From IMG/VR virus record IMGVR_UViG_3300017743_000002, positions 1 to 64,000 of that record: a stretch of DNA of 64,000 bases; one strand, written 5' to 3'. The notes under the pieces are model-generated. The model ran no database searches, was not told where the DNA came from, and was given only the letters and a program-made list of their open reading frames with translations. Shown piece after piece: positions 44,637-54,491 of this stretch. Source of the stretch: a virus. Made by a program: the position numbers and the translations under genes. Each line of letters starts with the position of its first letter. Within the stretch, counting starts at the first letter, position 1.

Positions 44637-44644
44637 TATAAATA
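44637..44644 (-). promoter_or_regulatory. Candidate late promoter TATTTATA
   Basis: Between the capsid terminator and the gp13 ATG (28 nt upstream), where re-initiation would be required. Confidence 0.68.
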
Positions 44645-44681
44645 TAAAGAAATATAAGAATAGTATTTTTAGTGAGGACAT

Positions 44682-44713
44682 AAAAAAAGAGGGGAACTTT
44701 CGAACCCCTCTTT
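44682..44713 (-). terminator. Rho-independent terminator after the major capsid gene
   Basis: Minus strand AAAGAGGGG-TTCGAAAGTT-CCCCTCTTT followed by TTTT, 30 nt past the capsid stop codon. Confidence 0.9.
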
Positions 44714-44742
44714 ATTCATTTTATATAAAGTTAAACTCTATC

Positions 44743-46344
44743 TTAGATAGATTGTAAATCTTTAACAAAAATCTTACCATAGTACTCAGGTCTAACCATC
44801 TTCTTAGCGTATCTCGTCATTACTCCTCTTCTTGGAGTGAAGTTTTGAGGGTCATACACTAATGGAGTCATGATTAACGGTACATACGGAGCATATACAG
44901 CACCAGTTTCTAGGAAGTTGCTTCCTCTAAATCCTAACAAGATTTCATTTGAAGTCATGTAAGGGTTTTTGTAAACTGTGTATCTGTTAGCAATCGCACC
45001 TACTGAAGTTACACCAGCAGCGAAAGACATTGCATCTTTATCAGCTGATACACTAAATCCAGGGATTGATTCTAAGATAGTACATACATCAGGAGAAGCA
45101 ACTACGAAGTTAGCTCCACCTCTTAAAGTCAATTGGTGAATCTTATTAGATACTTTGTTTAATTTAGTACCTAAAGTTTGGAACCAAGTGTTCTTTTGGT
45201 AAGCAACAGCAGAACTACCAGCTGACCAAGATGAACCATTGTACTCTTCACCTATTGTAGCTGACCAGTATTCAACAGTTAAAGCGTTAGATTTTAACAT
45301 ATCTAAGATTTCTAAATCAATCTCTAATGAGATGTAATCAGATAACATAGAAGTTAATTCAGCTTCAGCATCGATTGAGTGGTAAGCGTTAAGGTCTTGC
45401 GCCAACTCAGGAGTCCACACAGCCTTTAGTTTTCTAGTCTTAGCAACAATTGCTTCAGACTTCAACTCTAGGTCTACTTCAGGAATCTGAAGGTCATCAC
45501 CAGTTGCTGGACCAGGAGATGTAAATGAAGATTGCTCAAAGTCACCTCTGTTATAATCAGCAGGGATATGAGAAAACTTAACAGTTACAGCGTTTGCATC
45601 TACAGCAGCAGATGTTCCAACGAAGAATATAAGGTTATCACCATCAACTTTGTTGAATTGAGAGTAGTTTGCACCATTAATATCAGTACCACTTACAGCG
45701 AAAGATGCAATTGCATCTACATCAGCAGTAGCTGAGATATCAGATTTAGCAATAGTTAATTTTTGGATATCACCAACTTCAACAGAAGCAGATAATGCAC
45801 CATCAAATCCTATATCAGCATGTGAAGCAGAAGCCCAAGTTTGAGCACCAGTTGCTACACTTACAGAATCTTCATTGATAGAATATCCAAATGCACCATT
45901 ACCATATAAACCACCAGCAGCTTCACCAGTTCTACCTGAACCTAATGAACCTGAGTTACCAAATAAAGATTCGTGCTTTAGTTTTCCACCATTTTCCGAA
46001 CCATATTTGAAATCTAGATAGAATACAAGTCCTGAAGGTAAGTTCATTGGTTGTACACTAACGAATTCTTTAGAAGCAATCTCACCAAAGATTCTTCTAA
46101 CAAGAGGAAGGGCTACACCACTCCACTCTTCACTATTTGCGGCTGTCCCAGTCTGAGATGCCTCATCAAGCAATTGTTTTGCTTGGTTTTCTAAAAGAAC
46201 AGACATTGCGCCTTGCTCTTTTTCATTTAAACCTTCTAGAAGTCCAGTTTGTTCCCATTTACCTTTTAGTTGTCTTGTTTCATTCAACATTACAGCTTGT
46301 GGGTTCTTTCCTTCCATTAGTTTAGATAAATCAAAATTTGCCAT
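44743..46344 (-). CDS. gp23: Major capsid protein, T4 gp23-like
   Basis: 'LPLVRR', 'VQPM..PSGLVF', 'KTRKLKA.WT.ELAQDL.A.H.IDAEAEL', 'YAPYVPL' and 'F.P..G.MTRY'. Confidence 0.97.
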   Translation of the reverse strand: MANFDLSKLMEGKNPQAVMLNETRQLKGKWEQTGLLEGLNEKEQGAMSVLLENQAKQLLDEASQTGTAANSEEWSGVALPLVRRIFGEIASKEFVSVQPMNLPSGLVFYLDFKYGSENGGKLKHESLFGNSGSLGSGRTGEAAGGLYGNGAFGYSINEDSVSVATGAQTWASASHADIGFDGALSASVEVGDIQKLTIAKSDISATADVDAIASFAVSGTDINGANYSQFNKVDGDNLIFFVGTSAAVDANAVTVKFSHIPADYNRGDFEQSSFTSPGPATGDDLQIPEVDLELKSEAIVAKTRKLKAVWTPELAQDLNAYHSIDAEAELTSMLSDYISLEIDLEILDMLKSNALTVEYWSATIGEEYNGSSWSAGSSAVAYQKNTWFQTLGTKLNKVSNKIHQLTLRGGANFVVASPDVCTILESIPGFSVSADKDAMSFAAGVTSVGAIANRYTVYKNPYMTSNEILLGFRGSNFLETGAVYAPYVPLIMTPLVYDPQNFTPRRGVMTRYAKKMVRPEYYGKIFVKDLQSI

Positions 46345-46372
46345 TTTATTTTTCCTTTTTAATGTTAGTTAA

Positions 46373-47563
46373 TTATTTAATATTAGCCAATTGTTTAAAT
46401 CTTTCGGCTAACGTATTTGTGTTTTCAGAAATAATTTCTTTTGCAGGTGCAGTTGAAGCAACTGGTTTAGAAGCAGCTTCAGCTACAACTTTCTTAGTTC
46501 TCTTCTCAGTTCCTGTAAAATTCATTGATTCTGCCAACGTAGCGTAAACTAATTTTACTTCTCTAACAGATGATGTTCTGTCTAAGTTTTCAACAACTTT
46601 AGATTTTTGCTCATTGTTTAAGTTATAAGCTCTGAACAATCTATTAGCGTATAATAATTTTGCGTTAAGAAGGTTTACTTCGTTGATAGTAGATTTTAAA
46701 GATTTCACAGTATTGTAAGCTTCTTCTAACTCAGTTTGTAGTTTAACTACCTCTTCGTTAGCTTCTTCTTCAGCTACTACTTCTTCTTCCATTTCTTCTT
46801 CTTCTCCGTATCCCATTTCTCTAAGGATTTCATCCAAGTCGATATCTTCTTCTTCATCCATTTCTTCTTCCTCTTCTGAGATAGTTTCTTCAACTTCCTC
46901 TTCTTCGGATTCTTCCATTTCTGCTTCTTCAGATTCTTCTTCGTGAACTTCATCCTCTTCTTCTTCAGATACTTCTTCTTCAGAATCCATTTCCAATTCG
47001 GAAACTTCTTCTTCATCTTCCATATCCATTTCTAATTCTTTGATGATAGCTTCTAAATCTAACTCATCTTCTTCTTCCATCTCTTCTTCTTCTTTGTAGT
47101 TTTCTTCTACTTCTTCTTCTTCGTCCATAGAATCTTCTTCACCTTCGTGAGAACCTTCTTCTACTTCTTCTTCTTCAGAAACAGTTTCTTCTACCTCTTC
47201 TTCTTCAGAGACTTTAGCTTCTTCGATTTCGTCATCATCATGCCCTTCACCTTCTTCCAACTCATCACCTACTTCTGCAGTTTCTTCTTCAGATTCAGGT
47301 CCAAGTTCTGTGTGTGCGTCAGATGCAACATCTGATGGTTCAACTGGAGTTTCTTCATCACCACTACCAATATCACTTGAATCTAATTCCTCTTCGATTT
47401 CTTCATCATCACCTTCCATTTCAGCTTGTAGCTTCTTTGATAGGATAGATTGTAATCTTGGAGTAAATGCTTCCTCAAGTGCAATCTTAGCGTTAGCGAT
47501 AGCAGTTTCTCTTACAGCTTTAGCATCAGCAATTGCTTCTTTTAACAATTTTGAATTTGCCAT
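46373..47563 (-). CDS. gp22: Prohead scaffolding protein (gp22 position), extremely Glu-rich
   Basis: Immediately upstream of the capsid gene; long acidic central region, coiled-coil C-terminus (NLLNAKLLY...), many L/I/V-x-E sites. Confidence 0.78.
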   Translation of the reverse strand: MANSKLLKEAIADAKAVRETAIANAKIALEEAFTPRLQSILSKKLQAEMEGDDEEIEEELDSSDIGSGDEETPVEPSDVASDAHTELGPESEEETAEVGDELEEGEGHDDDEIEEAKVSEEEEVEETVSEEEEVEEGSHEGEEDSMDEEEEVEENYKEEEEMEEEDELDLEAIIKELEMDMEDEEEVSELEMDSEEEVSEEEEDEVHEEESEEAEMEESEEEEVEETISEEEEEMDEEEDIDLDEILREMGYGEEEEMEEEVVAEEEANEEVVKLQTELEEAYNTVKSLKSTINEVNLLNAKLLYANRLFRAYNLNNEQKSKVVENLDRTSSVREVKLVYATLAESMNFTGTEKRTKKVVAEAASKPVASTAPAKEIISENTNTLAERFKQLANIK

Positions 47564-47713
47564 TTTACTTGTTACTTTTAAAATTTGCTGAAGTTATTTG
47601 AGGAACCTCAATATAGAATAGTGTAAATTGGTTGTTCGGTAACTAAACATTAAAAGTTAGTATTCATTAACCAACGGAACCCACATAGACGTGGGTTATT
47701 GTAAGAATAAATA
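47564..47713 (-). promoter_or_regulatory. Putative late promoter (TATTTATT, 47706-47713) and multi-hairpin 5' leader of the scaffold-capsid operon
   Basis: Stems (plus-strand sequence) AACCCAC/GTGGGTT (47678-47697), TTGGTT/AACCAA (47628-47674) and TTGAG/CTCAA (47598-47611). Confidence 0.5.
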
Positions 47714-47782
47714 TATAAAAATTTATAAAACAATAAAAAACTAAAGAAAATAATAAGTTTTTTATAGATTTGGTGTATAGGG

Positions 47783-48418
47783 TTATTTTTTAATCTTACC
47801 CCTTTTAATATCTCTTTGTAGTTCTGCACCTGCCCCCAATACATCATTAATTGATTGGTCTATTGGCACATTACGATATTTAGCAATCTTTCTAACTGCC
47901 ATCATTACGATTCGTTTCTCTTCAGTAGAGTATCCTTCGTTTATTACTGATTCACCAAACATACCTACTATATCACCTTGATATTTATTACCCGGCTTTC
48001 CAGCAATAGCAGTTACAAATGCCAGTCTATCTTTAAGTTTACCTTTTTTTACAAAGTTAAAAAGTTTTTTTGAATCTAAATTATAATCATCAATGAATTT
48101 TTGTACGGCGATACCACGAGTACCAGTAAATCCAGCGATTCCCATTGCTTCTTTACTAGCAGCTTCGTTTACGGATTCTTCATTCATTTCAGAGATAGCT
48201 TTTTCTCTTAGTATCTCTCTTACGATTTTTCTAAGTTGTTCTTTCATCTTTGGTAATCCTTTATGTTTTGTTGCTGCAAAATCTTCAATCTCTTTTTCAC
48301 TCATTCTATCAGCGATATCTTTTATTTCATCCGAAACCTCTGAAGCAGGTACTTCACCTCTTTTGAATGCTAATGCCAATCCAAATAACTTTTGTTGTTG
48401 TTGTGATTGTGCAGGCAT
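47783..48418 (-). CDS. DUF3008-like N-terminus plus small modules; putative internal head protein
   Basis: 'MPAQSQQQQKLFG.ALA.KRG...MSEKEIEDFA.TKHKGLP'; modules separated by ESVNE and ESVINE. Confidence 0.65.
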   Translation of the reverse strand: MPAQSQQQQKLFGLALAFKRGEVPASEVSDEIKDIADRMSEKEIEDFAATKHKGLPKMKEQLRKIVREILREKAISEMNEESVNEAASKEAMGIAGFTGTRGIAVQKFIDDYNLDSKKLFNFVKKGKLKDRLAFVTAIAGKPGNKYQGDIVGMFGESVINEGYSTEEKRIVMMAVRKIAKYRNVPIDQSINDVLGAGAELQRDIKRGKIKK

Positions 48419-48422
48419 CTTA

Positions 48423-49172
48423 TTACATTAATTTTTTTAAACTATGATTCTTAAATCCATTAGAAACGTTACCTTCAAATATTGATTGTATTTTAGCAGC
48501 TAGTTTCTTACTACCATTCATTTTCAAATCATATGCAATAGCATCTACTGATGTTTCACCTTCCCATCCAGATTGATTAGTTGCTAAATGTGCAATTTCA
48601 TCAGTATCATCATCACCATCATAAAATTTAGAAGAGAATACTGTATTCTTTCTCCACTCATCATATTCCTTAGAGAATACATCTTTTGGTTTGTCTGGGT
48701 CATTCATTGGATTAGAATCCCATTCAGGTTTATCTTCTAATATTGAAATTAGTTTTCTTGCCTCAGAATGAAAGTTTGAATCAGTTAGTGCTTCTACTGC
48801 AGCTATACTCATTTTTCTTTCGTATTCTTCTTTACCTAATTTTTGTGGAGTGATTCCTAAATCTTTTGCTTTCTCACGAACATCTTTGTTTATTTTAGGA
48901 TTACCAGCTCTACCACCAGACGAATCTTTTGGTTCTGATTTAGGTTCATCTTTAGGAGTATCAGGTGCATCGTACCCAGTATCTTTAGAGAACATATTAG
49001 GTTTATCTTTCTTAGGGTTATCATCACCCTTATCATCTATCTTAGAATGAGTACCAGCCTTTACAGCAGCATCTCTACTATCTTTTGATTTAAATACAGA
49101 AGTTTCACCACTCTTTTTAGATGTTGCAGTAAATGTTTCTTCTTCGTTTAGTAAGTCAGTTAGTTTAATCAT
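48423..49172 (-). CDS. Putative internal head protein (249 aa)
   Basis: N-terminal MIKLTDLLNE leader; located between protease and scaffold; highly charged. Confidence 0.6.
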   Translation of the reverse strand: MIKLTDLLNEEETFTATSKKSGETSVFKSKDSRDAAVKAGTHSKIDDKGDDNPKKDKPNMFSKDTGYDAPDTPKDEPKSEPKDSSGGRAGNPKINKDVREKAKDLGITPQKLGKEEYERKMSIAAVEALTDSNFHSEARKLISILEDKPEWDSNPMNDPDKPKDVFSKEYDEWRKNTVFSSKFYDGDDDTDEIAHLATNQSGWEGETSVDAIAYDLKMNGSKKLAAKIQSIFEGNVSNGFKNHSLKKLM

Positions 49173-49176
49173 AGTA

Positions 49177-49722
49177 TTATTTTTTACCTAATCTTTCTTT
49201 TGCCATATTTACATCAATATCAGCAATCTCATAGTATCTACCTAAAATATTACCCATATCTTCGTATAATGCATGTAACCTTTCATCTAAACTTCTTGCT
49301 TCAGTTGCAACTTTATCAAATGCTTTATCCATTTTTTCCAACTCACTCATATTTCTTTTGATGGTTACTTTATCGAACCAATCATCGTTTTCTGAAAGAG
49401 TTAGTGTTTTAGCTGCTTCAACAATACCACCTAAAGTTTCTGCTACCTCAACGATATCAGATTGTCTTTTCATTTGTTCTTGAAATGCTTTATAAGTTGA
49501 GATAATTTCTAAGAAGTGTTTCTTAACTTCAGTTGATAATTTTTTCTCACCTTCTAATGATTCAGATAATGAAAACTTACCATCTACGATTTTTACTTCG
49601 TTTATGTTAGTTTTTCTGATATCATTATATCCTTTAGATACTTTAGTACCTTTTTGTTCAACTTTCAAACTAAATTTGTTGTTGTGAACGTAATCGTATA
49701 TGTCAAAATTCTTTTTACTCAT
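49177..49722 (-). CDS. Hypothetical head-module protein, coiled-coil (181 aa)
   Basis: Coupled to the protease gene (TAATG overlap); helical C-terminus (DWFD...YEDMG.IL.RYY). Confidence 0.65.
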   Translation of the reverse strand: MSKKNFDIYDYVHNNKFSLKVEQKGTKVSKGYNDIRKTNINEVKIVDGKFSLSESLEGEKKLSTEVKKHFLEIISTYKAFQEQMKRQSDIVEVAETLGGIVEAAKTLTLSENDDWFDKVTIKRNMSELEKMDKAFDKVATEARSLDERLHALYEDMGNILGRYYEIADIDVNMAKERLGKK

Positions 49723-50309
49723 TATCCTAATTCCGTTATAATTTCTCTCATTAAGTCTTGTGCCTTACAAAAGTTCCCACAAACATCAGTACCAATTTGT
49801 TTGGCTACTGATTCGTTCATTGGAGTCATAAATGCACCATGTGTAGATGGGTTGGAAACAAAATCCCAACCTATTAGTTCAAAATCTTCACCAACTAAAA
49901 GTTTGTTATCTTTCATTGGTTGAGTAGAACCCATACCTCTTGATGAGATACCTAAAAGGATTCCAGCTCTTAATAATTCTTTTAATATATTTCCAGAAGG
50001 AGTAGGTAAGATTTCAACTGTACCCATAACATCATTACCTTCCCAATGTACCTCTTTAATATTATGTGATACATTCTTTAGGTTAATAACTGAAGAATCT
50101 GGATGGTCTAATTCACCCAATGCTCTTCTTTCTTTAATTAAAGTTTGATATTTACTTATCTCTCTTTCTAATATTTCTTTTGGGTACACTCTACCATTTT
50201 GGTTTTCTGCACCTGAACGTTGAAGGACTCCTTTAACCAAAGTTCTACCTGATGAATCTTCGTTCACTCTTCCTTCAAATAAGTTTGTTTCTATTAATAG
50301 ATTCTTCAT
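49722..50309 (-). CDS. gp21: Prohead core protease, T4 gp21-like
   Basis: 'NQNGRVYP', 'ALGELDHP', 'NVSH', 'GISSRGMGS' and 'DFVSNPST..A'. Confidence 0.95.
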   Translation of the reverse strand: MKNLLIETNLFEGRVNEDSSGRTLVKGVLQRSGAENQNGRVYPKEILEREISKYQTLIKERRALGELDHPDSSVINLKNVSHNIKEVHWEGNDVMGTVEILPTPSGNILKELLRAGILLGISSRGMGSTQPMKDNKLLVGEDFELIGWDFVSNPSTHGAFMTPMNESVAKQIGTDVCGNFCKAQDLMREIITELG

Positions 50310-50320
50310 AATGGTTATCC

Positions 50321-51262
50321 TTATTTATGTTTTTTTAGTAACTCAGTAAATTCTCTTTTTACACCAAATGATAATCTTTTGTGAATTCCTTCTTTTACTA
50401 ATACATTAATTATATCTTTTACATTTGAATTTTCAAGTGTAATTTTATTTTTTGATAATATTGGTCTTTCTAAAAATGTATTTATTTCAAACCTTAATTC
50501 TTCAGAAAGTTTAATTCCTTCATAAATTGATTTAAGATATTTGATAAAATCTTTATCGTTTTTCATATCCTTAAAGCTCTTATCTGAAAAAATATTCTTT
50601 ACAAAATCTTTAGCATCTTTTGAATCTTGCTTTATTTGGTCAATTAAACCAAACATACCTTCATTTACTGATTCCATTAAACCAATTGCAGTAGTTCCAA
50701 CAATTCTTTCAGCTCCATCAGCGTATTTCTTATTTAAGATTGCTACTTTAGCACCACCTATATTAATTACATACATTGGTAACATACTTGTACTAAAGTG
50801 ATAATCTTTGATTTTTGCTTTCTTTAATTCTTTACCTATATCCATAAAAGATTTAGCACCTTTTACGAGGTCAGCAAGTTTATCTAAAGTCTTATCATGT
50901 TTTCCTTCTGAGATATTAGTTGAACAACCACCTTCGGTTACTCCACCACATCCACATCCACAATCATGTGATTCTTCTACTTTTTCACCAGCTCTTAGAG
51001 CTGCTAAATCAGATGCTTCAATTTCACCATCACCATCAATATCTAACTGCTTTTGTTTATCAGTTAACTCTTCATTCTTTTCACCCTTACCATCCCAAGC
51101 AGAATCAATCTTATTAAAGAATGCTTTCTTTTCTTCATCACTCATTGATGGAATAGATTTTCCTGCCTTTTCTAAAGCTTTTTTGAAAAACGCTTGATAG
51201 TCACTCTCTTCAGCCATAATAGCTTTAAGGGTTTCTTTGATAGTGTCTCTGGTAATATTCAT
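50321..51262 (-). CDS. Modular putative internal head protein with an EF-hand-like loop and a CGCGC motif
   Basis: ATG at 51262 preferred over the TTG at 51274. Contains LDIDGDGEIEASD and HDCGCGCGG; modules separated by xxE sites. Confidence 0.65.
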   Translation of the reverse strand: MNITRDTIKETLKAIMAEESDYQAFFKKALEKAGKSIPSMSDEEKKAFFNKIDSAWDGKGEKNEELTDKQKQLDIDGDGEIEASDLAALRAGEKVEESHDCGCGCGGVTEGGCSTNISEGKHDKTLDKLADLVKGAKSFMDIGKELKKAKIKDYHFSTSMLPMYVINIGGAKVAILNKKYADGAERIVGTTAIGLMESVNEGMFGLIDQIKQDSKDAKDFVKNIFSDKSFKDMKNDKDFIKYLKSIYEGIKLSEELRFEINTFLERPILSKNKITLENSNVKDIINVLVKEGIHKRLSFGVKREFTELLKKHK

Positions 51263-51274
51263 ATTAATTGCCAA

Positions 51275-51721
51275 TTATAATTTACTAATCTGTGTTACAA
51301 TAGTGTTCAATCTTTCTCTAATTTTGAACAAATTCTTTTGGGTTCTTTTCCAATATTGGTTTGAATTTAAATCACCTTCTTTTTTAATTCTACCATACCA
51401 TCTTAGGAATGTTTCTATTTCAGAAAGTTGTTTATTAACTTGAGAAATTCCCCTACCAATTTTTTGCTTTGGAGAAGATTCATCTTTTTTTAATTCTAAC
51501 CATCTATTTTCACTAACCCGTTTGTAACCATTTCCTTTATTTATGGCATCAACAAATTCATCATCATTTTCTTCTTCATCATCAGTACCATCCGTATCTT
51601 TAAAAGCAATTGGAGTTTGGTATCCAGCCACATTAGATGTGGTGGTTGCTTCATCAACATCCAACTCTTCATTTTGGATTTCTTCAATTAAATCCTCAAT
51701 AAGTTCTTTTAATTTAATCAT
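51275..51721 (-). CDS. Putative internal head/core protein (148 aa)
   Basis: MIKLKELIE leader, 'EATTTSNVAGYQTP.AF', basic helical C-terminus; head-module position. Confidence 0.62.
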   Translation of the reverse strand: MIKLKELIEDLIEEIQNEELDVDEATTTSNVAGYQTPIAFKDTDGTDDEEENDDEFVDAINKGNGYKRVSENRWLELKKDESSPKQKIGRGISQVNKQLSEIETFLRWYGRIKKEGDLNSNQYWKRTQKNLFKIRERLNTIVTQISKL

Positions 51722-52591
51722 TTATTTTTTGCTCTTCAATTCTTTAATTAATTCATAAGACATCATTAATGATGAAACATGATTATCAGAAACAACTTTA
51801 CCAATTTTAGTTTTAGCTAAAACAGAAACAGTTTCTGCTAATTTAATTTTGGTTACTTTATCTTTTATACCTTTGGATAATGATTTTAACTCAGAAACAA
51901 TAGAGGGTATTTGTTTTGAAATGTACGATTTAAAACCAGTAGTATTAGATAAGTTATTGATGTATTCTCTTAATAAGTTTTTTTGATTTTCATCTAAGTT
52001 AGAATACTTTTTGTTAAAAGTTTCTACTAATATCTTATAAGTAAGTAATCTTAAATCTTTATCTTGCTTTTTATAAGATTCTACAATCTGAGTATTAGTA
52101 TCTTTTTTAGATGATAATGTAGATTGTTTAGATGTAATAGATTCAATAAGGGTAATTTTTGAATTGAATACATCCTTAATATCATAATTATCCATCTTCT
52201 TAGATTCAAAAATCTTATAGATAGATGCCAATACTCTATAATTAGATATTGGTGACGAAAGAAAATCATCCATATTGAATGATTCATTAATCTTTTTAAT
52301 TAGATTATACTTCTCTTTATGTAATTGTTTTTGGTCAATACGATTATGAGCTTCGTTAACAGTATCTATGAACTTCTCAGCTCTTGATTCTGAATTATAC
52401 TTTTCCTTCATAAGAAGTTCGTATAATCGTAGCTCTTTATTTAACTCGGTTTTTGGACTAAAAAATTCACTAACGATTTTTTTAGCCTTCTCAGTAGCAT
52501 CCCCATTGAGAACTTCTAACGTAATTTGTCTTACGAGAAGCTCAAATAGAATACCAGTATTCTTAAATTTTGAATGTTTTACCCTCTTCAT
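51722..52591 (-). CDS. Hypothetical helical head-module protein (289 aa)
   Basis: 'KHSKFKNTGILFELLVRQIT' N-terminus; directly downstream of the portal gene with its own TATTTATA motif. Confidence 0.7.
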   Translation of the reverse strand: MKRVKHSKFKNTGILFELLVRQITLEVLNGDATEKAKKIVSEFFSPKTELNKELRLYELLMKEKYNSESRAEKFIDTVNEAHNRIDQKQLHKEKYNLIKKINESFNMDDFLSSPISNYRVLASIYKIFESKKMDNYDIKDVFNSKITLIESITSKQSTLSSKKDTNTQIVESYKKQDKDLRLLTYKILVETFNKKYSNLDENQKNLLREYINNLSNTTGFKSYISKQIPSIVSELKSLSKGIKDKVTKIKLAETVSVLAKTKIGKVVSDNHVSSLMMSYELIKELKSKK

Positions 52592-52641
52592 TGTGTTTTT
52601 ATCCTATAATAATATATCAATATACGATATAATACATCGTA

Positions 52642-52649
52642 TATAAATA
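52642..52649 (-). promoter_or_regulatory. Candidate late promoter TATTTATA
   Basis: Intergenic, 50 nt upstream of ATG 52591. Confidence 0.6.
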
Positions 52650-52675
52650 TAAGTTAATTTTGATTTCCTAAAATT

Positions 52676-54433
52676 TTATTCATTAATCAAATTATCGTCA
52701 TCTAAAAAGTCTCCGTTTTCACTCATTAACTTCCTTTTTGCCGAAACTCCGTTAACATATTCTTTAGCAACTTTTTGCGTAGTTTTACTAACTCTACCTT
52801 CAGTTTTCTTTAACGCTTTTTGATTTTCTTTTTTACCTAATGGGTCTCTCCCATAAGGATGTTTATCTTTACCATAGGTGTTTCCCTCTCTAGGTCTACC
52901 ACCTTTGTTCTTTAATTCAGTTTTTAATTCTTCTAGTTCATCTTCAACATCAGTAGGTTCTTGCTCCATTGCTGGGTCACTTCCTTCATCTTCAATTGAA
53001 CGATATCTGAATCTATCTTTAAGGTCATTAACAAGTTGAACCTTTTGAAAGTCAACCTCATCATCACTAAAATTAAATATATTTTTATATGCCCAATCTT
53101 TAGATACCATATTTAATCCTTGAATATCAGAAACCAATCTAACTTTTTCACTCCATAAATTTACCTTTTCTTGCTCATATATAGTAGATGGATTAACTAA
53201 GTTTAGTTCAAAATCTACCATTTCTTTACCCTCAATACCTTGTGCAGCTAAATGAGTTACTGCTAACTTAGTTAATTCAGATATTAAAGTTCTTTGGATT
53301 CTTTCGATTGTTCTTGCAAATCTTACATCTTCTGCAGCAAGAGTTGCTTTACCATTTACATTCTCATCATATCCCAAATATGCTTTTGGAATCTTTAGAG
53401 CTGCAAACATTTTATTCTTTAAGTAATCAATATCATCAATTGCAGTATATTCTAAACCACCTAATGAATCTATTTGAGTACCACTATCACCACCCCTAAC
53501 AGGTAAGAAGAAATCTTCAGTTAGGTTTTGGATGTTATACTTTAAGTTATAATCACCAGTATTTTTATCTACAAATGGAGTTTTTTTCATTTTGTTGATA
53601 ATTCTCTGCATATAGTTATCAACTTCTTGTGGTGGAATATTACCAATATCAATTTTGAAAACTCTCTTATCAGGTGCTCTCATAATTCTATGAATTAACA
53701 TTGCATCTTCCATAAGAGAAACTTGTTTCCAAATTCTTCTACCATTCTCAATCATTGCTTTACCATAAGGTAAGAAGTTTGTATCTGATAATAATCTGAA
53801 ATGTACTATTTCGTAGTTCTCATATTCACCTTTACCATTTGGGTCATGATTTACTTTGAACTTAATGTAGTTTGCATTGTTTGGGTCAGTATTTTCTAAT
53901 CTTTCAGTTTCATAAACTGGAAGTGGTCTTACATTTATAATACCAACACCTGGCTGAATTTCTTGTAATAAAAAGAAATCACCATACTTAACCATATTTC
54001 GTGTCCAAGACCATAGGTTAAATTCTATATTAAGAATATCATAGAAAAGATTCTCTAATATTTCTTTTATTTTTTCGTTTTTCGATTTAATTTGTACAAC
54101 ATCTCCAAATTCATTTTTTAATGTTGATTCATCTGCGTAGATATCTAATGCTGATGAAATAATCGGGTCATTATCCATTGCATCATAATCTCTGAAAAGT
54201 TCTCTTCTGACTTGATGGTATGCCATCGATTGAGCTGCCATCTGGTCTCCATAAAAAGACCTTTGTAGTTTGGTGTACCTATCTCTTAAATTCATTAAGT
54301 TAGTACCACCCCTCTGTCTATCATCAGTATCAACTACCTTTCTCTTTCCATCTTTATCAACCTTTACGATTGCTTGAGTAGAAAAAAGTTTAGTTAACCT
54401 TTCAAAAAATGAACTATTATTTTGTTCTGCCAT
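52676..54433 (-). CDS. gp20: Portal protein, T4 gp20-like
   Basis: 'LMEDAMLIHRIMRAPDKRVFKIDIGN.P', 'EDFFLPVRGG..GTQI.SL.G', 'ALKIP' and 'EDVRF'. Confidence 0.97.
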   Translation of the reverse strand: MAEQNNSSFFERLTKLFSTQAIVKVDKDGKRKVVDTDDRQRGGTNLMNLRDRYTKLQRSFYGDQMAAQSMAYHQVRRELFRDYDAMDNDPIISSALDIYADESTLKNEFGDVVQIKSKNEKIKEILENLFYDILNIEFNLWSWTRNMVKYGDFFLLQEIQPGVGIINVRPLPVYETERLENTDPNNANYIKFKVNHDPNGKGEYENYEIVHFRLLSDTNFLPYGKAMIENGRRIWKQVSLMEDAMLIHRIMRAPDKRVFKIDIGNIPPQEVDNYMQRIINKMKKTPFVDKNTGDYNLKYNIQNLTEDFFLPVRGGDSGTQIDSLGGLEYTAIDDIDYLKNKMFAALKIPKAYLGYDENVNGKATLAAEDVRFARTIERIQRTLISELTKLAVTHLAAQGIEGKEMVDFELNLVNPSTIYEQEKVNLWSEKVRLVSDIQGLNMVSKDWAYKNIFNFSDDEVDFQKVQLVNDLKDRFRYRSIEDEGSDPAMEQEPTDVEDELEELKTELKNKGGRPREGNTYGKDKHPYGRDPLGKKENQKALKKTEGRVSKTTQKVAKEYVNGVSAKRKLMSENGDFLDDDNLINE

Positions 54434-54459
54434 TTTATTTACTTTATGTTATAATCTAA

Positions 54460-54491
54460 CTAAGATACAAAAAAATTTTGATATATCCTAA
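54460..54491 (-). promoter_or_regulatory. Possible Bacteroidota-type sigma-A promoter upstream of portal
   Basis: Minus strand TTAG-N20-TATCTTAG versus the consensus TTTG-N19-21-TAnnTTTG (one mismatch per box). Confidence 0.4.

Noticed and set aside
47650-47847. 65-aa minus-strand ORF overlapping the end of 47783..48418
   Set aside because: Off-frame overlap, low-complexity AT-rich translation, and it runs across the promoter and leader hairpin.
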